A DNA stretch of 63,183 nucleotides, the filler included, from Globobulimina sp. (taxonomy: Eukaryota), in the NCBI GenBank assembly GCA_003354225.1. It is 41 parts of 41 records of this genome, joined end to end, with 100 filler letters (N's around TTAATTAATTAA, not from the genome) between each part and the next. Parts side by side here need not be neighbours in the genome. Positions count along the whole stretch, not along the records: positions 12,358 to 13,801 come from PIVH01016573.1; positions 13,902 to 15,345 come from PIVH01016574.1; positions 15,446 to 16,889 come from PIVH01016575.1; positions 16,990 to 18,433 come from PIVH01016576.1; positions 18,534 to 19,977 come from PIVH01016577.1; positions 20,078 to 21,521 come from PIVH01016578.1; positions 21,622 to 23,065 come from PIVH01016579.1; positions 23,166 to 24,609 come from PIVH01016580.1; 33 more parts are not named here. One strand, written 5' to 3'. Under the pieces are notes generated by a model that made no database searches, was not told where the DNA came from, and worked only from the letters and a program-made list of their open reading frames with translations. Position numbers and translations under genes: made by a program. Each line of letters opens with the position of its first letter. Position 1 is the first letter of the stretch. Positions 12,258-24,709 of this stretch are shown here, piece by piece.

Positions 12258-12374
12258 NNNNNNNNNNNNNNNNNNNNNNNNNNNNNNNNNNNNNNNNNNN
12301 NTTAATTAATTAANNNNNNNNNNNNNNNNNNNNNNNNNNNNNNNNNNNNNNNNNNNNACCAACGCGTAAAGACC

Positions 12375-13801
12375 GTGAACCGAGTTCTAGAGTCCTTTGC
12401 CGTTGGTAACGTCACTCATCCATCTATTGCTGTTACAGTGGTGGCAGCTAACTTGTGTTGTTTTGTGTCAACTACGGGCTTCTTTGATCGAAGTACCTTT
12501 TATGAAGACCTACCTACCACGCAATTCGAGATGTATGAAACAGCTTTAAGTCATTTATGCGACCCTAAAATGCATGAAAATGCGTCAGAATTGTCGAGTA
12601 GTTCAGTTTCGGAGGTACTAGAGAAATCGAAATCGAAGCATCAAACTCAAACTGTCGATGGTCATAGAATATCGTCAGAAATACTTTGTACAGTACAGGA
12701 GACCGAAAACTTGCAGTCGACAAGTAGACAAGATAGATTAGATAATCCTAGTCACGATAATTTCGATATTTTGCAAAATTCGTTCAGTACAATGCCAAAA
12801 GGAGACGAAATTGCCGAAAATGGCACGGTCGGGGGTGAAAAAGAACCCCAAAATTCTATGTACAAAGAACCTAATGATCAGTTGAAAAATGCGCCGACCG
12901 AACAGGAGAAAAATCCTGAAAACAAATCGCCATCGACTGGATCGAGTAAACCTATCGTATCCTCGACTGGAATCGGTTTTGTAGACAATTTTACGGGTGT
13001 TGTTTCGAGTTTATTTAACTATTCGAGTGCTTGGTCGTATAATCAACAAAATCAGCTAAATTCGGCCGAACAATCTGTAGCTACAGTAACCGAAGTGGAA
13101 GCGCGTAAAGAAAACGATCGTTTACGAAAAGAAATCGAACAGTTAAAATTTATAAATGCGCAAACCCGTACAGAGCCATCAAATGTCGAACAGAATCGTG
13201 ATATAGCGTATCAAAATTTATTAGAACGTACGCGTCAACTCGAAGTCGAAAATGCAGAAGTGAAAAGTAAATTAAAATCAACAGAAAAAGTAGTACAGTC
13301 GTTGGTTGAGGATCCGATCGTGCAAGTAATGCAAACTTCTTTTAGAAATCAATCACAATCCCAATCAATGTCACAAGATCATTTGGACAAAGATACTACT
13401 GTGAATAATGCGATCAAAGAAATCCAAGAGCCATCAAGATTACCTGAGGGTACTTCACAGATCCAGAAATTACCGGTCAGATGTAACTCAGGTACATTAC
13501 AGGGAAATTTACCCCAAACACCGGGATTAAATAAAAGTAGGCAACCGGTACCTATTGTATTAGACCATTATGAACAAGTATTGCCTATATCAGCGACCAA
13601 GGCACGTCAGGGACGTGGACTTTCGACCAATGGTCAATCATATGCTAGTCAAGATGGTCTAAAGAAACATTATTATACAAACGGGGCACAGGGCGGTCTA
13701 CAAAATGGCAGTTCGGCTAAAAATAACCCAAATGATTTTTATGATTATTCAAAAAGTCGGACTAATGCCAGTAACAATCGGGAAAAACCAAATTCGTCAA
13801 A
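12375..13801 (+). CDS. Low-complexity/coiled-coil hypothetical protein, possibly a Gag N-terminus (3' partial)
   Basis: Long intronless ORF; coiled coil RKENDRLRKEIEQLK..LEVENAEVKSKLK; visibly CpG/TCG-rich relative to neighbouring contigs. Confidence 0.5.
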
Positions 13802-13901
13802 NNNNNNNNNNNNNNNNNNNNNNNNNNNNNNNNNNNNNNNNNNNNTTAATTAATTAANNNNNNNNNNNNNNNNNNNNNNNNNNNNNNNNNNNNNNNNNNN
13901 N

Positions 13902-14586
13902 TGCCACAAAAATTCAAGCTTCCTCATCAACATGTGGAGACAACCTGTGGAGATTCAAAAACAAGTGAGAGATGAATTGATGGGTGTGATGGCTGACCAA
14001 ACATTTGCTTTAAAATCAGTGAATAAATGTCCACTGTTCAAAGCAATGTGTCACGAAATTTTAAGAATATCATCAATGGTCCCAGAGGGCGGTGGCAGAG
14101 AATGTAAAAAAGATCTGTGGATTGAGTCGAACGATGGTATCCGATATAAAATACCGAAAGGTACAGTAGTGATGACTAACGTTGATTACATACATGACGT
14201 ACATTGTGAGAATAACGGGAATTGGAAGAGAGTAAATGGGGACCAAGTAATTTTAGAAAACTTTCTCGTTAAAAAAGAAAATGGTTACAATTTTGTGAAA
14301 AATGGATCCTTTATTCCGTTTGGTGTTGGGAAAAGAGGTATGACTTACATTTCATTTTCAGATAAGATTTGAGATGATTTCAAACTATTTCATTTATATA
14401 GATTGTGCAGGAAGACATTTGGCCATGAAACAAGTTTATTTTGTGTTGGGATATTTTCTTTTAAATTATAAATTACGCTTGGATGGAATTGAAGACAGTT
14501 TACTCAACCACAGTGAAAGAGTTGACATTGCTGCTGTTGCACATATCGATCCAAGGATTGGTGTTAGAATTCAAAAAATACAGTAA
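13902..14586 (+). CDS. Cytochrome P450, C-terminal part
   Basis: ExxR (HEILR); heme motif FIPFGVGKR|DCAG split by intron 14338-14401. Confidence 0.93.
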
Positions 14587-14789
14587 TTGGTAAGTACGAC
14601 AATTCTGTTGAATTAAGTTATTTTTTTTGTTTTGTTCGCGTTTATTTTCAATGTAGTGAGTAGTCAGGGTAGGATGCTTAACTGAAACATAATAGCCATG
14701 CATATGATACAGCTCGATATTCCCTCCAGATTCATTATAATTCTTGAGGGAGTCTATGATTACACCTTTCTCATATTTATTTCACAAGA

Positions 14790-14976
14790 AACGATGGATT
14801 GATATGGCGCTGTTCGTAAAATGCTCCAATGAGGGTAAATTTGGGAAAGACTATAAAATGCGATGGAAATCGTGCAATTTCAAAGCTGGCGATGTGTTAG
14901 TGTTTACGATGCGGACAGTGCATATGTCATCGGTGAATATGAGTCAGAATTGCAAAGTGAGACTGTCTTGTGACAC
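14790..14976 (+). CDS. PhyH-like 2OG-Fe(II) dioxygenase, C-terminal exon fragment
   Basis: W...NFKAGDVLVF...TVHMS..N.....RLSCDT followed by a GT donor. Confidence 0.65.
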
Positions 14977-14993
14977 GTAACAAGATTACACAA

Positions 14994-15191
14994 GTTCCGT
15001 TTTTTCTAAGGGTGTAGGAAAAGTGAAAATTCTGAGACCTCTGTGACTTGTAACTCACAGCTGTGAAAATTCGGAGACATCTGCATGTGACCTGCAAATC
15101 ACAGCGGTGGCCTGCAAGTCACAGCTGTGAGTTACAAGTCACAGAGGTCTCCGAATTTTCACTTTTCCTACACCTTTAGAAAAAACGGAAC
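14994..15191. mobile_element. MITE/foldback-like element with ~70-bp terminal inverted repeats
   Basis: GTTCCGTTTTTTCTAAGGGTGTAGGAAAAGTGAAAATTC.GAGACCTCTGTGACTTGTAACTCACAGCTGTGA and its near-perfect reverse complement ending at 15191; internal TGTGAC..TCACAGC subrepeats. Confidence 0.85.
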
Positions 15192-16169
15192 ATTTCAATC
15201 AAACAATTTGTAGTTAAGTTTTCGGAAAATGTTACTCTGAAAAATGTTACCGTGACAATAATTAATTAATTGCAACGGGTTTGCTATGGATACTATTCCA
15301 TGAGCTAAAATCAGATTCAAAAACGGCAGAACGGGATCAAAAAAANNNNNNNNNNNNNNNNNNNNNNNNNNNNNNNNNNNNNNNNNNNNTTAATTAATTA
15401 ANNNNNNNNNNNNNNNNNNNNNNNNNNNNNNNNNNNNNNNNNNNNTAATGGCATCAAGCATTAGGGTGAACCAATTCAGTCAGTGATGCATATCACTAGC
15501 TGCATTCATTAAAATTAGATTAACTAATGGCATAGCTTTTTCATGGTAATATATATGCATTTAATTCTGGTTCTGTCAAAAATTGTTTGTTGTGTTTGTG
15601 GTTTGTGCATGTGTGTAATTTTTATGATAACTTTGTGTTTGCTTCAAACAATAAAAAGACAAATCAATATTATTATGCTGTTCAAACAAATGATGATTAC
15701 CAATCACAACGTATCACAGAAATGCATATATATATATATATGCTATAACGCCAAAATGTTGATTCAAATAATACTGCACTGCAATGATGTTGCAATTTGA
15801 TATTGAATGAATCCAAATACATTCACCAATTCATTTATCCATTGATTACACACTTCACAAAACCATCATCACCACTCACAACAGTAGCAATTCTCAAGAA
15901 GACGGACATTGCGCAAAAAAAAAAAAGGCTGGAATCGTGTTACTGACAAATATCATAATTCTTGCAAGCGCGTACTAATTTGATTTGATACTTTTATGCC
16001 GTATCAATCATTAGCTGTAATATCACTCAAACCTGGAAACCTGGAGCACAAGTCACAAGACGCAAAAATCTAGTTCAAAATTATTTTTCTGCCATAATAA
16101 AGCTCCTAACTCGATTTTCTATTCTCGATTTTACATCAAGATTTTTCGATCTTTCAGTGTGTCAACCTA

Positions 16170-16386
16170 CAGTGAGCGACCGGATAAATTGATAAAAAGT
16201 AGCAGTATAAGTAGCAATGGATAATTAAATAAGTAGCAATGGATAATTAAATAAGTAGCAGTATGTAGCATGCTACTTATAAGTACCACTTTTTTTTTCT
16301 AATTCCCATACAAAAATACATTCAAAATTTGCTACATACTGCTACTTATACTGCTACTTTTTATCAATTTATCCGTACTCTAACTG
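16170..16386. mobile_element. Tc1/mariner-type MITE with TA target-site duplication
   Basis: TA|CAGT...ACTG|TA ends; TIR core CGGATAAATTGATAAAAAGTAGCAGTATAAGTAGCA on both arms; internal 22-bp tandem duplication. Confidence 0.85.
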
Positions 16387-17338
16387 TAAGAAATAAGCTA
16401 TCATTTGCCGAATGGCAAAGGACGCTCTCTGTTTTGTTGCGGTCATCTCAAAACTGATATAACAATTCTGACTCAGAAAGTGACATGATCGATTTCTTAC
16501 TTGAAGACAGGATTTCTTGCGTAAAAACAATGTCTTCAAGTAAGAAATTGAGTCATTCAAAAAAAGCATTGCAGGAAATGATCGGTACTTTCATAACAAA
16601 TGTGTTTGCATTGTTGACAAATCTACTTCGACTAACAAACTTCGACTAAGAATGAGTTAATCATGGCAACTCAGAATATATTTTGAAATTAAAGCAATTT
16701 TGGGTCATCTGGAATCTGTATTTTGCAATCGATACGATAGCAATTATACTGTTGCTCGGACATGAATACTGGTTGTATTAAATGGATATTGAAAACAATG
16801 ATACAATGGATTGGAATAGAAATAATATTGTAATGGATACAAATAGGAATAGTAATATAGAAATGTATATACCAATAGAAAGAACAATANNNNNNNNNNN
16901 NNNNNNNNNNNNNNNNNNNNNNNNNNNNNNNNNTTAATTAATTAANNNNNNNNNNNNNNNNNNNNNNNNNNNNNNNNNNNNNNNNNNNNAATTTGGCCGG
17001 AATTGTAACAACTTCGGAACATATTTCGCAATGAACAGGCACATTGATGAAAAAAATGAAAACTGCCAACGTTGGCAAGAAATTCGAGAGCGAAATCTAC
17101 GACGATTTCTGGTGCATTCAGTGCTGTCCAAAGTTAATTCCATATCTATAGCTAATGTATACGTATTTATTCCGAATCCAATGTATATGCTAAAAAAAGC
17201 GGTCGCAATGCTAAATCGCAGGGAGAAGTTCGAATATATTTACAGCTTTGTTCGCTGCCAAAGGGCTTAGGATCAATTTGCATCCAATACACCATCAGCT
17301 GTTCGCAAATAGGCATTGAGGACAAAGGGAATAAGCTG

Positions 17339-18127
17339 TTGAGTTATATGGGAACGTGGGTCAAAACCGAAAGTAAATCCGTTACATTCAATCAGTTCAA
17401 ATCATTAAAAGTTAAACAGATAACTATTTCACTGACAATCCAGATATTAAATGAATATGATTTGAATGGAAAGGATGTGTCGATAACAGAGACTGCCTCA
17501 GCATGGCAACGGTATGCACTGCAACAGAAAGAAAAGGATTTAAAACAAATCAAAGACCATGAAATGCGTAGAGATATGCAACATATTAAGCAGACATTGG
17601 GGAAACATGAGAAAACATTAGATTTGCTGCAGAACTCTGCAGCTCACAGTCGCGAGAAAGTGGATAAGTTATATGTTGAAATTGAGGAAGAAAAACTGGT
17701 CGATCCATCCAACAAAAAGAGTGAAACCATAAATTGTTTTGATGCACAGAATATTTATAAAAGATTAGATTCAATGCAACAAAGATTAGATTCGATGAAA
17801 ATAAAAATGGCTCCAATGCACCAGACACAGCGATACAATGCATTTGAAAGTGAGGAGAATAAAGTTTCAAATGAATCGGATAAGAAAACGGCGGAGAAAA
17901 ATACTTTCGTTTCGCCCAAACAGCAACATGTTAAAACATGGTTAAATGAGATAGGACTTGGTCAATATTTCAATTGTTTTGTGGAAAACGGATTTGAAGA
18001 GTTAGAATCTGTGAAATGTATAACAATGGAGACGTTGAGTCGGAAGGAGATGAAAGAAATTAAACTCGGACACAAGTTCAAAATAGCTAAAAATGTTGAA
18101 AAATTAAATATGAAATTAATTTCATAA
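17339..18127 (+). CDS. Coiled-coil + C-terminal SAM domain protein (5' partial)
   Basis: VKTWLNEIGLGQYFNCFVENGFEELE...IKLGHKFKI SAM consensus. Confidence 0.8.
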   Translation: MSYMGTWVKTESKSVTFNQFKSLKVKQITISLTIQILNEYDLNGKDVSITETASAWQRYALQQKEKDLKQIKDHEMRRDMQHIKQTLGKHEKTLDLLQNSAAHSREKVDKLYVEIEEEKLVDPSNKKSETINCFDAQNIYKRLDSMQQRLDSMKIKMAPMHQTQRYNAFESEENKVSNESDKKTAEKNTFVSPKQQHVKTWLNEIGLGQYFNCFVENGFEELESVKCITMETLSRKEMKEIKLGHKFKIAKNVEKLNMKLIS

Positions 18128-18533
18128 ATGATTGCATTTTTGCATACATTAATAATGTATATTATGACATGTTTTGTGTGACATATAAAAACATATAATG
18201 ATTATACGGATACAGTAGTATAAAATTGTATGTTCATTTACTTGATAATCAAATGATAATAATATATGTAATGGGTCGAGAAATGTTTGTTCTTCTCATT
18301 CCTTATTCTTTTTTTTGGCGATATGTTTATAGATTTATAACTGAATTGAGTTATTAACAACAGCTGCAGTGTGTTTTTTTGGTGTTATTATTATAAAAAC
18401 TATTTTGTAACTCCGAGATTCTGGTTCAAAAGANNNNNNNNNNNNNNNNNNNNNNNNNNNNNNNNNNNNNNNNNNNNTTAATTAATTAANNNNNNNNNNN
18501 NNNNNNNNNNNNNNNNNNNNNNNNNNNNNNNNN

Positions 18534-19977
18534 TAAATTCGTTATCATTCAATCTCTTTGTAATCCATATCAATGATTCTCTTTGCAAACACGATAAAAA
18601 GGCTGTAGTGGCAGTGGCACTCACCATCTCCATCATATTCATACCATTCATTTTATTCATTTCCAATGATTCATTGTGCGATCGTTTCATTAATATGCTC
18701 AATAAATCCAATAACTTGGCTGCATCAATTTTAATTTTATTACAATCCTCTTTCTCATCAATATAATTGCAATCGATATATATATCCCTTTTTATTTCAT
18801 CTGCAGCTGTTTTTATTTCATCATCATAGGCATCAATAATCACCATAGCGGGTAAGAAGCCTTGTAACAAGGCAGGCTGCGAGAACTGCGCTAGCAATGC
18901 TTGTGTGAAGATAGACGAAGCACTGCCATCCAACAAGGTATTCACTAATTGTATGCGTGTACTGTGCGAAGGATAAAACAGTTCGATCCCCGCTGATAAT
19001 ACTGCAGTAGCTTCAAATTGGATCAATCGATGTATTGCATCATCCAGAACTGGCAGAACATCACCATCTGCATCTGCATCTAGATCTTGCTTACTTTCTT
19101 GGCCCATAAAATGTAACAAAGATTGCTGTAAATGGTTAAAATCAAAGGCACCAATATCGCGATCATACTCTTTCTTATTTGCTTTGTATACAAATGCAGC
19201 AATACGCACTTTGCAGCGTAACAAACGTAGACAGGATAATATAAAATATGCATAAGTGATACTTTTATCTTCATACTCAATGTTATTGCCATTATAATTA
19301 ATATTGTCATGATCATCCGCTTTGTAGTCGCATAGTTCATTAAAATAATATTTAACAATCTCAAATAAATAGGTTAATGTTTGATGTTTGCAGCTACGTT
19401 TTATCAAACAATTTGTTTCAATCAATAATGGATCATTTTGTAACTTACGTAATTCCTTTGCTGCATCAGCAACTGTTGAAAAATCCACCTCTCCACAAAT
19501 ACGATCCAAATGAGCCAGTCTTTGAATTGCAATTGCAAATATTTGTTAGAATTGCAGTATTTATCAGATACTGTACATACTACATACAATATAGTGCCTG
19601 CAGCACATGGATTGAACAATTTCTTTCTGCATATTTTGTATTGCTCTCTAGCCAACCTATCATCGCATGTAATCAGCAACTGCTGTTTGGCCATGGCCAT
19701 GGCCTCGCTAACCAAATTAATGTCGGTCGCAGTCGCAGTCGCACTCAACAAACTGCTGCGCCGTCTCGAGCTCTCCAATTGCAATCCAACTGCAACCATA
19801 TTCGACATAGGGCGTCCCGTAATGCACAACGTATACTTATCTCCCAACGACACCTTGGCAATGGCAATGGCAACGGAGCCATCATTAAACTTAGCCACCT
19901 TGGTGGGTACCGCTACATTCTTCTGCGCGCTGCCTTGCCCTACCTGATAATCCGTGCCATTGCCACACATATACAGA
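18534..19977 (-). CDS. Internal fragment of a large RCC1-repeat (HERC/MYCBP2-like) protein, intron-containing
   Basis: CGNGTDYQVGQG...VAVPTKV...KVSLGDKYTLCIT RCC1 repeat, then a helical region with AVLSAGIELFYPS..RIQLV..LL. Confidence 0.6.
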
Positions 19978-20077
19978 NNNNNNNNNNNNNNNNNNNNNNN
20001 NNNNNNNNNNNNNNNNNNNNNTTAATTAATTAANNNNNNNNNNNNNNNNNNNNNNNNNNNNNNNNNNNNNNNNNNNN

Positions 20078-21509
20078 GCTGCCCGTCGTAGCCATCATCA
20101 TCAGCATCGTCGTCGTCCTCATCGGATTGGTCAGTGTTTAGGTGGTTCATAAAAGGCATCATATTGTTATTATACAACGGAATGGATTCATATCGATACG
20201 CCAATACCAGCGAGCCAACAATACGCAAAACAAAGGTAATTAAAAAAACGAGGCATAAATCGAAGCCAATGGCACAATCATAGCCAGATTCAGCTAAAAT
20301 ATCCGAGCCGCGCTCATTTGCGAAGGTTTTGGGTAGAATGATGGCGCAATATTGGCTCTCCAATGTCAACCGAACCGGGTTTGCATAATAGCCAACATAG
20401 CGCAGTACCAACGGCATGGACGTTTTCAAGATAAAACAACCCGAAAACAACCAAAAATATAATAGTAAATGCACCATAATAAAGAAGGACAAGTTGTTGT
20501 TGCAGCCAGTCGCAAACAATAAGAAATAGATAGAGTCCCAGACGCCGGCGCTGTACACAAAGCCCATCGTAAACAACACAATGGAATATCCCATGGCCGT
20601 CGCCGGGTCATTAAAATTCAGGGTCCAATAGGACAAAAGCGCAGTGATGCTGGCTAATACAATGGATAACAAATACTGCGCCCAGCAATGCAATGTACTC
20701 ATCATATTCAGCGAGTATTTGCCAGATTGCCAGTCTTGAATCCCCAACGAGAGCAATGGCACAAATAGCCGGTGATTGGCAGGCGTCTGCATCACAAATA
20801 TGAACAGCAACGCGTTCATAGCGCCAAACATGGATTTTGAGCCAGAATGCGTCGACGGTAAGTTCCAAAACGCCAAACAAACCACCAATACATAGACAAA
20901 TATCTTGAACACTTGCACCAAAAATATCTGTTTGTGGTTGGCTACGAAGCGCCAATACAACCAACCTAACCACCAATATTCCAACCACTTCTTCCGCATA
21001 TTAATGGGCAGCCTTTCAACCATATTCCTGTTCATTGGCAGCGTCTGCAACTGCAACATTTCCATATTATTTGCTTGCCGCAAATCGTGGATTAACAAAA
21101 CCAATTTCTGCATGGATTGCGTGTCTGTTTTGCATGAGTTGTCCAGCAATTCGTCGATAACATTCTCAAACTTCTTAAAGGAAAACAATTTGGGCAGAAT
21201 CTGCAACGATTCCTGGATGGTGCCCTCATAAATGGGCGACACGCCGTTGTTATAAATGTCCGCCAACACAATAATATGGTTGATGTGGTCCTGTTGGATG
21301 GACTCCAATGTCAGCTCAAACATCGTGGTCAATATCGACAGCTCATGAACTTGCGACAGCCGATGGATGCAACGAATCAGCTGTTTCTGTTCAATTATGT
21401 TCAACTCACAGTATATATTCTCAATCAATACGATGCTCGCTTTGCTGCGTAAGCCACAGTACGCAACGGCCACTTTTAAGTAATCCAATCCTTTGTTGTT
21501 AACACGCAA
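20078..21509 (-). CDS. ABCG-type transporter, membrane (ABC2) domain region
   Basis: Six TM helices; SGKYSL, LFSGCFI..SMPLVLRYVGYYANPVRLTLES; degenerate CIH motif upstream. Confidence 0.8.
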
Positions 21510-21621
21510 AAAAAACGCAATNNNNNNNNNNNNNNNNNNNNNNNNNNNNNNNNNNNNNNNNNNNNTTAATTAATTAANNNNNNNNNNNNNNNNNNNNNNN
21601 NNNNNNNNNNNNNNNNNNNNN

Positions 21622-22236
21622 GTTCGTGGACGTGATACAAAAATCAGAGGAAAAATATTTTTAGCATTCAAAGATCACATTTATGGTGAAACGTATCTAA
21701 TAGATTCCTTTCGAATAACAGCGGATGAATTGAAAAATAGTATTCACAGACATCATGTTGAAGATCTATCGGTTATTTCGTATAGAACTCCGCATATTTG
21801 GATGTTAGAAAACACAAAGAAATATCCGAAACCAATAAAATTCGCGAGAAAACCTGGACAGGTTATATGGTGCAAAGTAAATATCAATGTATCTCCTCAA
21901 AATCAAATGCAACATCATTCTGACACAATTAATACAGCTATACACGAACATGTGCAACATACAATTGATTTATCCCAACAATTAACCGATGTGCAATGGA
22001 GCAGATTGATAAATAATTCCGACAACGCGTGTTGCAATAAAGATGTCGGTGGTTGCTCTGTGTTGTGTGATGATTGTGACTCAGAATGGCATATTTATTG
22101 TTTGAAATATATTTATCACAATACTGACACTGAACTAAACCGAATACAAAAGGATGGTGAAGGCTTTGTTTGTTTAGATTGCTATAGACAGAAGTTAGGA
22201 AAAATACGAAAAATTAATAATCCTTCAAGAAATTAA
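21622..22236 (+). CDS. Protein with C-terminal PHD finger (5' partial)
   Basis: C4HC3 pattern ACCNK..VLCDDCDSEWHIYCL..FVCLDC; frame open from the contig start. Confidence 0.7.
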   Translation, partial: VRGRDTKIRGKIFLAFKDHIYGETYLIDSFRITADELKNSIHRHHVEDLSVISYRTPHIWMLENTKKYPKPIKFARKPGQVIWCKVNINVSPQNQMQHHSDTINTAIHEHVQHTIDLSQQLTDVQWSRLINNSDNACCNKDVGGCSVLCDDCDSEWHIYCLKYIYHNTDTELNRIQKDGEGFVCLDCYRQKLGKIRKINNPSRN

Positions 22237-22670
22237 ATAATTTATTGTTTTTATTAAATACGATTTCAAACTGTTTTTCTAAACTTAACACCTCTGAAGT
22301 TGTGTTAGCCTGTTTGTTATAACTTTGTCTTGAGTTTGCAAATCCAAATAAAATGTATAATTGAATGTATACAATTTATCGTTGAGGTAGATATCAATTT
22401 TTTGTAAAGCCTTTGTATTTTGAATAAAATAAAACCTTAAATCTATTGAATCTGTTTTGTCGAAGATCTAGCTTTTTTGCTTTTGGAGGTGAAAAATAAG
22501 ACTAAATATGGCGGCGTATGTTGCAAACACCGCCAAGCAAATAGTGATGAGGGTCAACATTAAAAGAATACTTATGCAAAATTAGATATTTTTATATTTA
22601 TAAATGATAACGATTTAGAAACATTATGTGAAAGTCCGACAATTTGAAGGTGTTTGTATGCACAGTAGAA

Positions 22671-23065
22671 TTATTTTTTATTTCTCCGTAAAAAGGCAAA
22701 ATATTCTTTCATCCATCTGTCGTATCCTAATGGTTGCACAATCTCTCTATTTGATGTTAACCATTTATACACTTCTTTGGGTGTTTTCCCATTTAATTGA
22801 CCATATTTATATTCATAACAACCAGTTATAAACGGTGACCGATGAGCACCAGCTAACAAAACATAATATAATATAGAATACAATCTGTCATCTGCCAATC
22901 AAATCTTTTCAATTCAAATACACTGTTTGTGACAAGATTTAATTGGTAGATGGCAGATATTCAATAACTGAAAATATATATTATTTACGGTCTCACCTAA
23001 ACAATGAATTAACACATTTCCATCTTTCAACATCTCCTCAATAGAATCTATTTTTTTATCCAAAT
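22671..23065 (-). CDS. Dual-specificity protein phosphatase (5' partial)
   Basis: Removing intron 22853-22996 reconstructs the catalytic loop GNVLIHCLAGAHRS (HCxxGxxRS). Confidence 0.88.
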
Positions 23066-23201
23066 NNNNNNNNNNNNNNNNNNNNNNNNNNNNNNNNNNN
23101 NNNNNNNNNTTAATTAATTAANNNNNNNNNNNNNNNNNNNNNNNNNNNNNNNNNNNNNNNNNNNNCGGCTTAGTTGGTATTGTTCAAATTTGACTGCTAT
23201 A

Positions 23202-24609
23202 ATGTCACGAAAAGGAAAAAAAGGTAAACGCCAAAACCAACAAAATGTGATTCAACAATCACTTTCCACGTCAGACCAACAAAAATTATCAACAAAATTC
23301 CAAAACCTATTTGATAAACAAGTACTCTCTGAATATGAGAATGATAATTATCGGGAATGCATAAAACAATGTGACCGCATTCTAGTTATGTACCCCAAGA
23401 ATGGCGAGACCTTAGCAATGAAAGGATTGTGTTTGCATTGTCAAGGCACAATGGCGGAGGATGAGGACAAAGAGAATGGCGCCGAGAATGAGCTTAAGAA
23501 TAAATCAGAGGGCGGCCATGGAATTGAAAGAAGAGTAAGACTGCGCAAGCACGGATTGCTATTAATTCAACAGGGCTTGAAATGCAATCTAAAGTCGTCC
23601 ATTTGTTGGAGAGTCAAAGGTTTGGCGCATAAATCCGACAAAGACTTTGAAGCCGCCATTGTGTGCTACAAAAAAGCTTCTTTTTACGACAAACAAAACC
23701 ATCGCATTTATACCGACTTGGCTTCGTTGCAAATCCAATTGAAAAGATTTGATGAATTTGCTAAAACACGAAAAGAGATTTATTACATTACGGGCAAACA
23801 GGACAAATTGAACTGCATTGCCTTTATCATCGCGTTGTTCTTAAACAAAGACTATGCGAAATGTCTAGAAATTATTGACGAGGAATTGCGCCATATCGAA
23901 TTAAATAATATCGAATGGAACGAGATCTATTTATTGCAAACAAAAATATTTCTCAAACAAGAAAAGTATCACAAAGCACTCGCGCATTTAAACCAAAAAT
24001 TGCAAACAAACCTAATTGTGGACAAATTATCCGGATTGCAGTTAAAAGTCGACATTTTATTAAAATTAAATCGTTTTGATGCAGCCATAGACGCCGTGTT
24101 ATTATTAATTGAGAAAAATCCGGAAAATTTGAACTATCACAAACAATATATACATCTCCTGGGAAACGACGAGAAATTAATATTTGAGACCTACCTAACA
24201 ATGAAGGCCAAGTACCCGAAATGTAACATAATTGGTCGGCTTTTATTGTCGCAATGTCCGCAATCTTCGAAAAAAGCGTTTTGTGAGCTATTATCTGCAT
24301 ATTTGATATTAAAATTTCAGAAATCAGTACCGTCGCTGTACAGAGACATCCAAGAATTGTATTTATGCGAATGGAAAGCGGTGATAATTGATAGCTTGGT
24401 GGCAGAATACAGGGCAAATATTAATGGCTCGCCAATGTGCAAATTGTGGGTCAATTATTTTTATTGTTCGCGTTTGATTGATTTGTACCAATTTGCAGAG
24501 GCGCTGTCTGTCATCGATGGCATGTTATTGATGGTGCCGACTTGCATCGAATTGTATGTCTTAAAGTCGCGGCTGTATAAATGTGCGGGGAATGGACAGT
24601 TAGCCTTTA
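23202..24609 (+). CDS. NAA15: N-alpha-acetyltransferase auxiliary subunit NAA15/NAT1 (3' partial)
   Basis: YE..Y..CIK..D.IL..P.NGETLAMKGL, LKSSICW.V.GL, DLASLQIQL, NPENL.Y, VPSLY and PTCIELYVLKSRLYK.AG motifs. Confidence 0.92.
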
Positions 24610-24709
24610 NNNNNNNNNNNNNNNNNNNNNNNNNNNNNNNNNNNNNNNNNNNNTTAATTAATTAANNNNNNNNNNNNNNNNNNNNNNNNNNNNNNNNNNN
24701 NNNNNNNNN

